DNA of 64,000 nucleotides from an uncultured archaeon (lineage in GTDB: Archaea > Thermoproteota > Nitrososphaeria > Nitrososphaerales > Gagatemarchaeaceae). The stretch spans positions 1,184,001-1,248,000 of the forward strand of contig CAWFOU010000007.1 in assembly GCA_963817525.1 (NCBI GenBank). Reading direction: 5' to 3'. Each line of letters starts with the position of its first letter. Positions within the stretch are counted from its first letter, which is position 1. A program made the translations under genes and the position numbers. Below, in pieces: positions 38,728 to 48,438 of this stretch. The notes beneath the pieces were generated by a model. It worked only from the letters and a program-made list of their open reading frames with translations, made no database searches and was not told the origin of the DNA.

Positions 38728-39846
38728 CTAACCGCTCGAACTGTCCCCTTGCCGACCGTGCATTTCCCTAATCATGGAGTTCGTGTCCTTAGCGATATCA
38801 TAGATCTCGCCCAGAGTGGACTCGTTTCTTACCCTAGCGAACGAATTGAAGTCGAAGCCGTCGTTCGCCTGTCCGCCAGCAAGTCTGCTAGTCCAGGCGT
38901 TTGCCCACTCCAAGTAAGACCATTTCGCGAGGACCCCGAACCTCAGCTTGAGCTTCGCCTCCACGCGAATCAGAAAGGAGACCCGGCCTAGATACCCGAA
39001 CGCTTTGATCAGCTCGTCCATCCAGTATTCCCTTATGCGAACCCCCTCGAATGAAGGAGACGGCCCAGACGTCATGCTGGTCACAGGGCCAATTCCTGTC
39101 AACAGGCATGCCATCTGAACGTCACAGTACTTGCCCGACAGACTCAGCCTGAACGTGTTCGGGTCTACGATATTCTCGAACTGGAAAGGCGACTGGAACT
39201 TGATTTTGATGTCCTTCGGAAGGAACGGCTCAAGCTGCTTCATTGCCATGTCAGTCGGGCCTTTTGGTTCTAGCTTGTCGAAGAACGAGACGAAGACGTT
39301 GTGGTCTAGTTCAGCCGGCAGCTTCTTTCGCTCGTCTCGTTCTAGACCTCCTTTTCCATCCCCCATGAGTTGCCCGTGCAGCCAGCTCACCAGCAGAAAC
39401 TCCATCAAATCCGTGAAGACAAGTCGCTTCATGTCCTGTATGCCGGGTTTCTCAGAGATTCGCCGACTCGCCTCTTCCGGCAGTTCGCTCTTGAACCTGG
39501 AGAAGGCCTGCTCTGCCATCCCCTGCGGCTGATACCCGTCGAACGGATCCCGGATGATTGCGCGCTCTTTCATGTCATAGACTATCACGACTTTCACCTC
39601 TCTCGTGATTGTTGAACTAGGCCGAAACACGTAGAAGTAGAACAGGCAATAGGCGAGCCCAACCGTGACTACGATCAACAGCACGAAGGGTATCGCGAAG
39701 AAAGCACGCGTCTGGACGTAGACAACAATCAAACTTCCGAGAACGCTCACGGTAAGCGCCAGCGCAATCCCGCTGACCAGCAAGAGCAAGAGGTTCGCCA
39801 GGCGATCTTTCGCTAGCTTGCTAGGGTCGCCTGATTCTCCGGCCAA
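38728..39846 (-). CDS. Hypothetical protein with two N-terminal TM helices
   Basis: Long ORF; probable TTG start at 39846; divergent from 39935 across a shared TTATAA. Confidence 0.75.
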   Translation of the reverse strand: MAGESGDPSKLAKDRLANLLLLLVSGIALALTVSVLGSLIVVYVQTRAFFAIPFVLLIVVTVGLAYCLFYFYVFRPSSTITREVKVVIVYDMKERAIIRDPFDGYQPQGMAEQAFSRFKSELPEEASRRISEKPGIQDMKRLVFTDLMEFLLVSWLHGQLMGDGKGGLERDERKKLPAELDHNVFVSFFDKLEPKGPTDMAMKQLEPFLPKDIKIKFQSPFQFENIVDPNTFRLSLSGKYCDVQMACLLTGIGPVTSMTSGPSPSFEGVRIREYWMDELIKAFGYLGRVSFLIRVEAKLKLRFGVLAKWSYLEWANAWTSRLAGGQANDGFDFNSFARVRNESTLGEIYDIAKDTNSMIREMHGRQGDSSSG

Positions 39847-39934
39847 ACTATCGAAGCTCTTGTGTCTTGGAATTGATAAGGAGATGGTAAATCCACGCTT
39901 ATAAGAATCAGAGCAATCTAATGGCCGAGGGCCA

Positions 39935-40864
39935 GTGGCCATTCTAAGGTACCGGCAGATCATCGAGCACCAAAGCCCCAAGGTGAGGAAAATCACGGAC
40001 GAGTTCACCGTTCGCAACGAAAGCAAAGACAAGCTGGGGCTGGTCTTGTTCGAGTTCCAAGGCGGGGTGTACCGGGGGAACCTCCACGTCCTTGACAACG
40101 ATGACTCTGAACTAGCTTTCCAGCCGAACGACTGGGTCAAGAGGTATCTTGAGAAGGTGGGCTCGCCCTGGAGCAAGGGCCTCCTCTCCGATCTGGCGAG
40201 CGTGAACAAAGCCGTCCTGATAGTCAGCCTGCCAAAAGACAGGCCACTGGCGGCGATGGAGACCCGCGTCTTCAGGCTGGTCTACACGGACCAAGAGGAG
40301 CCCGACATTCCAGTGCTCAGCCTCTTGAGCACGCCGAAATTTGACATTAAGCTCAGGCCGCCGTTGGAGAAGGGCTATCGAACCCAGATCGTGGTCCTGC
40401 CCCCAGACGGCTTCGAGCTGAACCTGAAAGAGGACGAGGGCGAGGTCACCGACGCAAACGGGCAAAAGACTCCGCTGAAAAAAGACGGCGACTATCACCG
40501 TACGCCGAAAAAGGCAATCATCGACCTGTCGCTTCCCACGAGAAACAAGACCGTCACCTTCAGAGGAATCTACGAGGTGCTCCCTGACGGAGAAGAGAAG
40601 TGGCTGTTCAGGATCTTCTTCTGGAGTCTCACGCTTTCGTCGGCCTTCGTTCTGTTCTCAGTCTACGGTGGCCTCACTTGGCTTGGAGTATTACCTGGTC
40701 TTTCTTCGTCCATCGTATCCAATCGCACTACGCTAGGCCAAGCACTCCTGGTGTCGACGATAGGCTTTCTTGGTTTGGTGACGAACCCACTGACGCATAG
40801 AACCAAGCTGTGGCTGACCATTCCAGTGGTGGTCTCGGTGCTCATACTGGTTGCGAACAAATAG
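39935..40864 (+). CDS. Hypothetical protein, beta-rich domain plus three C-terminal TM helices
   Basis: 309-aa ORF with hydrophobic C-terminus. Confidence 0.8.
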   Translation: MAILRYRQIIEHQSPKVRKITDEFTVRNESKDKLGLVLFEFQGGVYRGNLHVLDNDDSELAFQPNDWVKRYLEKVGSPWSKGLLSDLASVNKAVLIVSLPKDRPLAAMETRVFRLVYTDQEEPDIPVLSLLSTPKFDIKLRPPLEKGYRTQIVVLPPDGFELNLKEDEGEVTDANGQKTPLKKDGDYHRTPKKAIIDLSLPTRNKTVTFRGIYEVLPDGEEKWLFRIFFWSLTLSSAFVLFSVYGGLTWLGVLPGLSSSIVSNRTTLGQALLVSTIGFLGLVTNPLTHRTKLWLTIPVVVSVLILVANK

Positions 40865-41105
40865 GTTAATATCACAGTCAAGGCGACGAAGAAGGTCATG
40901 AGCGAAACCGTGCCCGACGTTGTCGAATTCCAAGGCGAAAAGATGCTCATTGTTCGAGCTGCAGTGGTCGAGACAACGCCTTGGAAGAAAGGCCGGAAGG
41001 ACTGACGAACCGCTAGCCAACACGCGTCTTAGCGAAACCAAACTACATTCTTATCAGGCCGCAATCCAACTGCAGAGCCGTGAAAGGACTAATTCTTCAT
41101 CCGCG

Positions 41106-41576
41106 CTAGCCGTGGTAACGGTTGACCCAGTCATTCACAGGGTGGTCGTCAGGCCTTGGGTCGGTCCGCCTCCTCGGTATCCCATCGGCGCGAGGCCACC
41201 ACCAAGCGATGTAGATAAGGTTCGGAGTCCTGTTCGACCTGCCGCCTCCCGAACTCAATCCCCTGTTGTTGTACTTGAAGTGCCCTTGGAAGGCACTTAT
41301 CAATCGGCCCTCCACTTCCATAGCATCCTCGAAGCTTTCAGTCTCGTATAGCACGGCGTAATCGTCGGAGTCGTGCGTGCGTTGCCTGGCTTCTATCTGG
41401 CTCGACCTTCCAATGTAGAACTGCCACACAAAAGTCTGGTTGCCACAGTACTCTACGCGACTGCAAAGCGCGTCGATAACCTCGTCAGGAGTGCCGACAA
41501 GAGGGGGCAATTTCTTGGGCCGAAGCCACGACATGGTGTCTTGGTGCAGCGTCGCTTCACTTAGAGTTTGGGTCAT
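41106..41576 (-). CDS. Small GIY-YIG-like nuclease
   Basis: FYIGRS..I..R...H, A.EVE..LI and YN in canonical order. Confidence 0.6.
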   Translation of the reverse strand: MTQTLSEATLHQDTMSWLRPKKLPPLVGTPDEVIDALCSRVEYCGNQTFVWQFYIGRSSQIEARQRTHDSDDYAVLYETESFEDAMEVEGRLISAFQGHFKYNNRGLSSGGGRSNRTPNLIYIAWWWPRADGIPRRRTDPRPDDHPVNDWVNRYHG

Positions 41577-41657
41577 CCCGCTAACTGGGATGCGGATGTT
41601 CTCTGGCAGGAGGCGTGGCTAACACGCTTAATTCGCAAATACTCGTAAGGCGACGGC

Positions 41658-42311
41658 GTGAGCAGGCCGTCGAAAAGGGCGCCCATCTGGGGAATCAACC
41701 CCACCATGCTGATGATAGTCGCGCCAACGGCGGCGGTACTCGGAGCCCTTGCCCTCGTTTGCGTGTACAATGGCTTCGCAATCGGAGGAGTCGTGTGGTT
41801 CCAGAAGGCGCAGGCATTCGGAGGCCTTGCGATTGCCATCATGTCGTTTCTTTTCATCGAGTTCGAACCCGGCCTCCACGCCAGGAGGTTCGTCGCCTTC
41901 CATTTCCTCTTCATCGCGGGCACCGGATTGGTCGCCCCCTTCATCCAGAGCGGGGTCCCGTTCTCCACCATCGAGTGCTTTGAGGTCGGGTCTTTCGCGC
42001 TGCTCACGACCGGACTCTTCATCACGGCGATTCGAGAGGAGAATCATAACCTGTTGATGTACTCCGCCACGGCCACCGCGATTCTCTTCCTCGCTGGGAT
42101 GCTCTCGGCATTCAGGGACGTGTCTGGAGTCGCGGCACCCTCTTCGGGGGTTGGCGGACTGAATGCTTACCTTGTCACCGGCATGTTCCTCGTCGGCGCC
42201 ATAGATCTGGCGATACTCTCAGTTGCGATACTGGGTGTGGTGGTGCGGAGGGTTCGAGGTATACCGGAACCAGAGTCCATCTCTCAATACGGACTCAGCC
42301 CTATCGCGTAA
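41658..42311 (+). CDS. Hypothetical multi-pass membrane protein
   Basis: About six hydrophobic segments. Confidence 0.75.
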   Translation: MSRPSKRAPIWGINPTMLMIVAPTAAVLGALALVCVYNGFAIGGVVWFQKAQAFGGLAIAIMSFLFIEFEPGLHARRFVAFHFLFIAGTGLVAPFIQSGVPFSTIECFEVGSFALLTTGLFITAIREENHNLLMYSATATAILFLAGMLSAFRDVSGVAAPSSGVGGLNAYLVTGMFLVGAIDLAILSVAILGVVVRRVRGIPEPESISQYGLSPIA

Positions 42312-42459
42312 CACCCCTCGTCGCTATGAACAAGAAACCGAGTTCCTGCATATCGTCAGGCTCACGCCCACCTTACCCGAAAGCGAGCGATCATCGGAAA
42401 GCTTTATCTCGCACAACATCGCCAAAAGTGAAGGTCTCAAAGAGACTGAGAAGAGAAAA

Positions 42460-42708
42460 GTGCCCGAAGACAGCAGGAAGTTCGAGATCATCGTAAATGG
42501 CAAGCCAAAGCCATGGAACGAAGACACAATCAGCTACTCGCAGGTCGTTGAATTGGCATTCCCGGGCTCTCACAAGCCCACCGAGATATTCACGGTCCAA
42601 TACAGCCGCGGGCCAAAGGAGAACCCTCAGGGAACTCTTGTCGAAGGGCAGACCGTGAGAGTAAAGAGCGGCATGGTCTTCGATGTCACTCGCACTGATA
42701 AGTCGTAA
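42460..42708 (+). CDS. Multi-ubiquitin (Multi_ubiq-type) domain protein, single domain
   Basis: IIVNG......ISY.QVV.LAFP...FTVQYSRGP....G.L..GQ.V.VK.GM.FDV..TDKS. Confidence 0.9.
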   Translation: MPEDSRKFEIIVNGKPKPWNEDTISYSQVVELAFPGSHKPTEIFTVQYSRGPKENPQGTLVEGQTVRVKSGMVFDVTRTDKS

Positions 42709-43882
42709 CGACGACCTAAAGCGGCTCAGGGACGAGGGCTACGCGGTCGACGTCTCCAACGGTTACCTCTTGGTAAGTCACGTCCCCTACGTGAACGCCA
42801 AAAGGGAGGTGGCGTACGGGACGTTGATATCTCATCTGCAGCTCGCAGGCGACTCCACCGTAAAGTCGCCCGACCACGTCGCGCTGTGGGCGGGGGACTA
42901 TCCCTGCGACTCCAGGGGGTCGCAGCTGGCAAGCCTGGTGAACAACCCGAACATCCAGGAGAAAATCCGGGATGACCTGGTCGCCACTCATTCCTTTTCC
43001 CACAAGCCCCAGGGGGGCTACAAGGACTATCACGAAAAGATGACCACGTATGCCCGGATACTGGAGGGAGAAGCCCACGCCATCGATCCGAACTCCACCT
43101 CTCGGACGTTCTCGGTAGTCGGGCCAGCCGAGGGGGAGCCTACCTTCCGCTACCTGGACACTGCCTCGAGCCGTGCGGGAATCGCGGACATCAACGAGAA
43201 GCTCACGGGAGGCCGAATCGCGATCGTGGGCTTGGGCGGCACCGGGGCTTACGTCCTCGACCTTGTCGCCAAGACTCCAGTCGGAGAGATCCACCTGTTC
43301 GACGGCGACACCTTCCTCCAGCACAACGCCTTCCGTTCTCCGGGAGCTCCGTCTATCGAGGACCTCGCCAAGAAGCCAACAAAGGTGGCGTGGTTCGCGG
43401 AGACGTATTCCAAGATGCGGAAGCAGATAGTCCCCCACCTGCTGTACGTCGACGAAACGAACGCCGCCGAGCTGAAGCCGATGGATTTCGTGTTCCTTTG
43501 TCTCGACAAGGGAGTGCCAAAGCGGCCTATGGTAGACTATCTCGTCGCTAGCAAGATCCCCTTCATCGACGTCGGGATGGGGCTGAACGTCCAGGACGGA
43601 GCGCTGGCCGGCCTGGTTCGGGTGACGAGTTGCACGCCGTCATTCCGCGACCACCTAGAGAGGCGAATCCCCTTCAGCGACGGCGAGGACAACGAGTACT
43701 CGCGCAACATCCAAATCGCCGACATGAACGCGTTGAACGCCGCGCTTGCCGTCATCAAGTGGAAGAAGATGCGCGGGTTCTACGCCGATTTGGAGAAGGA
43801 GCACCACACGGTCTATGGGGTCTCCACCAACGTCCTGACGAACGAGGAGGTCGCCAATGAGACTAAAGTCGATAAGGCCTGA
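42683..43882 (+). CDS. E2-like (DUF6791-type) plus ThiF/E1 fusion protein
   Basis: LISRN.DL.RL.DEGY, FS.KP..GY.DY.EK; IVGLGGTG, D.D...HNAFR.PG, Y..NIQIA.MNALNA. Confidence 0.9.
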   Translation: MSLALISRNDDLKRLRDEGYAVDVSNGYLLVSHVPYVNAKREVAYGTLISHLQLAGDSTVKSPDHVALWAGDYPCDSRGSQLASLVNNPNIQEKIRDDLVATHSFSHKPQGGYKDYHEKMTTYARILEGEAHAIDPNSTSRTFSVVGPAEGEPTFRYLDTASSRAGIADINEKLTGGRIAIVGLGGTGAYVLDLVAKTPVGEIHLFDGDTFLQHNAFRSPGAPSIEDLAKKPTKVAWFAETYSKMRKQIVPHLLYVDETNAAELKPMDFVFLCLDKGVPKRPMVDYLVASKIPFIDVGMGLNVQDGALAGLVRVTSCTPSFRDHLERRIPFSDGEDNEYSRNIQIADMNALNAALAVIKWKKMRGFYADLEKEHHTVYGVSTNVLTNEEVANETKVDKA

Positions 43883-44234
43883 GTTTGTGGAATACATCCC
43901 CGACGCCGTGAAGGACGGCGTGCTGTACATCTCTGTGCCCTACGCGACGGTGACCCACAAGTGCGCCTGCGGTTGCGGAGAGATAGTGGTGACGCCCATC
44001 AGGCGCACTGACTGGACTCTCACGTGGAACGGAGAAGAGGTGACGCTGAACCCGTCCATCGGGAACTGGAGCCTCCCGTGCCAGTCGCACTATTGGATTG
44101 TCGAGAACCGGATAGTCTGGGCGCGCAGGTGGAGCGCCTCAGAGATAGACGCAGGCCGCGCTAAGGATAGGTACGCGAAGAGCCGGCGATATGGCGTGCT
44201 TCGACGAGGACCGTCGCGCGAGCCTCAGGCCTGA
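43857..44234 (+). CDS. DUF6527 family protein
   Basis: H.CACGCG..V.TP...W...TL.PSIGNW..PC.SHYWI. Confidence 0.88.
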   Translation: MRLKSIRPEFVEYIPDAVKDGVLYISVPYATVTHKCACGCGEIVVTPIRRTDWTLTWNGEEVTLNPSIGNWSLPCQSHYWIVENRIVWARRWSASEIDAGRAKDRYAKSRRYGVLRRGPSREPQA

Positions 44235-44318
44235 CCCCTAGAACCCAGTCGAGTCTGGATAATCCAGTCCGATTGTGTAGACAGCTTATATAAAACATGG
44301 GCCATACTGAACTCGATC

Positions 44319-45203
44319 ATGATTGATTGGAAGGCCGTCGACGCGGCGTTCTACGCGACGGTCATTGGGCTCTCCATGGAGCTCGCGTCGAGGGCGGGGT
44401 CGCCCATTCTTGCCGCATGGGTCGTGGTCATCTGCTGCGTCGTGCCATTCTACGTCTATTTCAAAGGGGCGGCTCACAATCCCTCGGCTTCAAAGCGCAT
44501 TCGCGGATTGAATCTTTTCATCGGCTCGGTCGCGACCACCTTCGTGCTCGAATTTGGTCTGCCCATCTGGAGCCTTGAGACGTTCGGACTTGTGGGACTG
44601 GGCTACCTCAGCACGTTGATCCTAACGTGGAAATTCTCAAGCTGGGCGGGACGAGAGTTGAAGATCCCGAAGAGGATGTTCATCTCTTCGGGCTGGGTGT
44701 TGGGGAGTTTTGTGGCGATAGCCTCTTTTGTGCTCGCTTCTTTCGTGGGGATAGGCTACGATGTCGGACTCAGAGTCATGCTGAGCCTGCCTTTCCTCAC
44801 CCTCCTCTTGGTCGTCGGTTACCCTTTTGGTCTGCTCGTAGTCTGGGTATCGAAGATCGTGAGACTCGCCCCTGTTCTCTACTCGCGCCGCCAGTATGGC
44901 AGAACCAGGCAACGCAAGAGCTGGCGCGAGAGTCTGCGGGCAAGGCAGGAGTGGAACGACATCTCCTTGCTCACCATGGGCATGGATAGCGGATTGAAGA
45001 GCCGCAGAGTCTTGGTGATGCTAGCCCTCTCGATGGCGTCATTTCTTTCGTTGACATTAACGGCGCACAGCATAGCCTTCTACGGATGGGGAACCATCGC
45101 GTTGCAGGGCGGACTGGCTAACTTGCTTCTTGTAGGGTCTGAGGTGTCCTACTTCCGTTTGGGGCGAGCGGAATTCATGAACTCTGCCTGGGTGCCAAAG
45201 TAG
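44319..45203 (+). CDS. Hypothetical multi-pass membrane protein
   Basis: About eight TM segments; TTATATAA box upstream. Confidence 0.75.
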   Translation: MIDWKAVDAAFYATVIGLSMELASRAGSPILAAWVVVICCVVPFYVYFKGAAHNPSASKRIRGLNLFIGSVATTFVLEFGLPIWSLETFGLVGLGYLSTLILTWKFSSWAGRELKIPKRMFISSGWVLGSFVAIASFVLASFVGIGYDVGLRVMLSLPFLTLLLVVGYPFGLLVVWVSKIVRLAPVLYSRRQYGRTRQRKSWRESLRARQEWNDISLLTMGMDSGLKSRRVLVMLALSMASFLSLTLTAHSIAFYGWGTIALQGGLANLLLVGSEVSYFRLGRAEFMNSAWVPK

Positions 45204-45283
45204 CGGTCAAATCGTGATGTTGGAGCATGGCGACGAATGTGGCAAACCGCTCGGGAATTGCTTATGCGCCCTCTGCCTGCGAA

Positions 45284-47116
45284 TCAGTTGTAGATGCCAG
45301 GTCCAACGGCGACTAGCGTATAGTTGCCGCTTGTTCCTGGCGGCAGGGTGACCACTTGAGGGTAGATTTGGTCAAAGCCCGGGGTCGAGTAAGTGATGTT
45401 CTCATTATTCCAGTACAATGTCGCCTGTCGTGGATTTGTGTAGAACGGGTCGTTGTTGAGCCATTCCACGGAGTCGTGTACCTGGAGGAGACCCACAATC
45501 GCAGTCGACTGGCCACGATTGTCCAGGACGTATTCTGAACGCACCAGTGCTGAACCATTTGCTAAGGTGTGATAGGTTACCGATTCGTCGCAGGTAATCG
45601 CCGGGCTTGCCCTCTCGAAATATACCAGACTGAACCTAGTCGTTGAATCCCTGGATTCATTCGTGAATCCGACTACAATCGAGCTCACATTCGAGATTGA
45701 AGGTGCAAACGAAATCGCCAGATGATTTGCGTTCGCGATTGCGAGAGAATCCCAGACAGATGGGCCATACGGGTCTAGGTAAGATTCTTCGGATGAGCTT
45801 GTCGTGCGGCTGACATTGCTGGGGTTTGGAATGGCGAAGCTATTGACAGAAAAAATAGAGGATCGGGGGACTGATACGGTCACTGTTTCGTTGAACGACT
45901 CGTATGCATCCACCTTGCAACTGCCGGTCGCGTTCACGGAATTCAGGTTGCCGGCGACGGACAGGAAGTAGTTTGCCGGCGAATAAGGCAGGATCTGATC
46001 TATGCCATAAGGCGACGCTTGAGTATCGACCTGTGGAGTGAAGAGTCCGTACTTGGAATCCATCGGCTGAATGAGCGCTGCAGAGACAAGGACGAGCACG
46101 GCAAGAGCAATGAATTTCTTGTTCTTCGCGGTGGTGGTTAGATGGCGGAACCGCCGCACCGTCGCAGATGCCGAACCGAGCCTCATGTCGTCAGGTCGCA
46201 GGTCGCGTAGCAGGCGCAGATATCTAGGGAAGGTGCTTTCTACGAAAAGGAAGGATGCCACGCAAAGAAGGGATGATTCGACGTCCAGCCCGACAAGCCC
46301 CTCCCAGGGGGCTATGACGAGTTGCCGAAAGGAGGCGGGATAGGTGGTGGCGAACGCGGTTGTGATGAGGACGCAGACAAGTTCGAGCAGTTGAACCAGG
46401 AGAGCGACTGATACCACTCGGCGCCACGGCAATAGCAGTGAGACGCTGTCCTTGAGCACGAGGTACCTGGAAAACCAGATCAGCCCAAGTATCACGATTG
46501 TGGAGATGAACGACACGGGGTCGAAGGCGAAAACGTTGGCCGTAGAATAGCCAAGGACGAAGCTCAAGGGCCGCATAAGGGCGTAGATTGATACAAGCAT
46601 GGACAATCCCAACACCACCTCGGCAGGGGACATTATGGTGCTGAACCGGTCTTCGTGCTCCATGGCCTGGGACGAGGCGAACATCGATAGGATTTCGTCG
46701 GTATCCGCTTGTGCCGTAGTCTCTCCTCTCCGAACGAAGGTGGCCATCCTTGTCCCGTCTCGAACTCTGTGAGGTTTTCTCGTACTCTCTGGGATTGTGA
46801 TGAGACCAATGGGGTTTCCTTGGTAGTTGACGAGCTTGGCCGAAAAATCAATGTGCGGGTGACACCGGCTGTTCACGACCTGCTGCATGCGAGCCGTGTC
46901 GAACGACTTCGGGTCGATTCCGACGACGGCGCCAGACTCGTTCTCGATGCCTATCAGCAGATAGCCAGTGCCGCCGTAGGTGTTGGCCATTACTGATAAG
47001 TCCTTGCAGAACTCGAACTTGCCTTTCTCGCCATCCAAATCAAGCTGCAATTTTCGGTCTACCTTCGTAGTCTCTCCTTGCGAGATTAGGGAGCCTACGA
47101 GGTCTTCGTCGGACAC
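45284..47116 (-). CDS. Schlafen/AlbA_2 domain fused to a multi-TM segment and an extracellular beta-rich domain
   Basis: GE...VD.K, K.L..MANT.GG.GYLLIG, FVRRG.TT; about five TM helices; Ser/Thr/Asn-rich C-terminal domain. Confidence 0.85.
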   Translation of the reverse strand: MSDEDLVGSLISQGETTKVDRKLQLDLDGEKGKFEFCKDLSVMANTYGGTGYLLIGIENESGAVVGIDPKSFDTARMQQVVNSRCHPHIDFSAKLVNYQGNPIGLITIPESTRKPHRVRDGTRMATFVRRGETTAQADTDEILSMFASSQAMEHEDRFSTIMSPAEVVLGLSMLVSIYALMRPLSFVLGYSTANVFAFDPVSFISTIVILGLIWFSRYLVLKDSVSLLLPWRRVVSVALLVQLLELVCVLITTAFATTYPASFRQLVIAPWEGLVGLDVESSLLCVASFLFVESTFPRYLRLLRDLRPDDMRLGSASATVRRFRHLTTTAKNKKFIALAVLVLVSAALIQPMDSKYGLFTPQVDTQASPYGIDQILPYSPANYFLSVAGNLNSVNATGSCKVDAYESFNETVTVSVPRSSIFSVNSFAIPNPSNVSRTTSSSEESYLDPYGPSVWDSLAIANANHLAISFAPSISNVSSIVVGFTNESRDSTTRFSLVYFERASPAITCDESVTYHTLANGSALVRSEYVLDNRGQSTAIVGLLQVHDSVEWLNNDPFYTNPRQATLYWNNENITYSTPGFDQIYPQVVTLPPGTSGNYTLVAVGPGIYN

Positions 47117-47275
47117 AGAGCTAATGATGATGCCACGTTATATATCGATGCACGTCCGCCACAGGAAGCCTGGTGTCGTTAGGAAAGGCTCATCGAACGC
47201 CGCGCCTTTAATCGCCGTTACATTGAAGGAATGAGGTCGGAGTCGTGGTGGACTTCGGCGATATTGGGCTGGATT

Positions 47276-47299
47276 TGGCGGGCCCGATGGGATTCGAAC
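47276..47299 (-). repeat. tRNA 3'-end fragment (att-like)
   Basis: Reverse complement GTTCGAATCCCATCGGGCCCGCCA, 20/24 to the tRNA-Arg 3' end; adjacent hairpin ACCCGGG-N8-CCCGGGT. Confidence 0.7.
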
Positions 47300-47429
47300 T
47301 ACCCGGGATTCGGAACCCGGGTTCTCCCTGCGGTTCGGATTCGATTGTAGTGTTTTAAGCGGGCTACAGCGTCTGTTCCGTAAACTATAAGCGTCGGTCG
47401 GACAATTTGCGAATTCGGCATCAAAAGCC

Positions 47430-47738
47430 TTGGCGCATAGGGTGAGGCGGAGGAGGACCTGGAGGGACGTTCAAGCGTCAGTCTTAGAGTGCCTCCTGAA
47501 TGGGCCTGCGACTCAGAATAAGGTAATGACGTCCACCAACCTGAACAGAGACACGACCGGAACCTACCTCAGAGACATGATCTTGGACGGATTCGTCCAG
47601 ACCCTTGGCGAGTCGAAAGGGCATAAAGTCTATTCGGCCACGGAGAGAGCGAAACGCTGGCTCAAGCTCTACAAGAGCTTGCTGGATGAGGAAGGGTCGA
47701 GTCGCCAAAGCGGGCAAGAACAAGACGAGTCGTCCTAG
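47430..47738 (+). CDS. Winged helix-turn-helix transcription regulator (archaeal type)
   Basis: RRRT..DV...VLE...T.N.VM...NLN....YL..M...G...Y..TE. Confidence 0.85.
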   Translation: MAHRVRRRRTWRDVQASVLECLLNGPATQNKVMTSTNLNRDTTGTYLRDMILDGFVQTLGESKGHKVYSATERAKRWLKLYKSLLDEEGSSRQSGQEQDESS

Positions 47739-47876
47739 CCTCTTGAGATTGGAGGTTTTAGCACCCTGCTCTAGCAATCTTCCGAAAAACACGCCTGTGT
47801 CCGTCATCTGCAATCCCGGATGATAAATCCGGGATGTTAGATTCTGCATGAGCTTTATATCAGCACTTTCATCACT

Positions 47877-48437
47877 ATGTCCATGCGGTGGATTAGAAAG
47901 AGCAACTCGCAAAGTGCTGAGTTGGGAATTGTAACGCTCGCTGTTATCACGACCATTTTGTTCAGCGTTGCCCTTTACCTGAGTCCGGTAGAAAGCGCTG
48001 TTCAAGGAGCTGTTCAAGGAGCAACTAATTCTGGAAACGCAAGCACGGCGAGCACGATTGTCGGATACATGTATCAGGTTTCTATGGCAAATTCGTCGGT
48101 AAGCATTTCCCCTGGCGGCTCAGGTACGGTTTTCTTCAACGTCGCATCTCCGATTTCGTCAACATTCTACGCGGCGGTCACTTCCCAAGGTGGCAGTAAC
48201 ACCTTTCTGTTGCCTATAACGAACGGCACGTCCGATGCTCTATCCATGCCAACGGGTGTCACCGCAGCCTTCTCCCACGGCAACGTCTTTGAGGGATCTA
48301 CCTCGATGATTCCAGTGAAGTTGAGCATTGGCGATCAGACCTCCGGGCAAACTGTTGAGCTCACACTCGTCGTCTACCAGTATCAGAGCGGTACATATGT
48401 GGGCCATCTGACGAACTTTGACGTCGAGGTGAGTTAA
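47877..48437 (+). CDS. Secreted/anchored Ig-like protein (module 2 'A')
   Basis: N-terminal TM; NSSVSISPGG..TVFFNVASP...TFY, MPTGV, ELTLVVYQYQ, F.VEV shared with 55214 and 53400. Confidence 0.85.
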   Translation: MSMRWIRKSNSQSAELGIVTLAVITTILFSVALYLSPVESAVQGAVQGATNSGNASTASTIVGYMYQVSMANSSVSISPGGSGTVFFNVASPISSTFYAAVTSQGGSNTFLLPITNGTSDALSMPTGVTAAFSHGNVFEGSTSMIPVKLSIGDQTSGQTVELTLVVYQYQSGTYVGHLTNFDVEVS

Positions 48438-48438
48438 G

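Noticed and set aside
47997-48022. 12-bp tandem repeat GCTGTTCAAGGA
   Set aside because: In-frame AVQG duplication in a linker; only two copies
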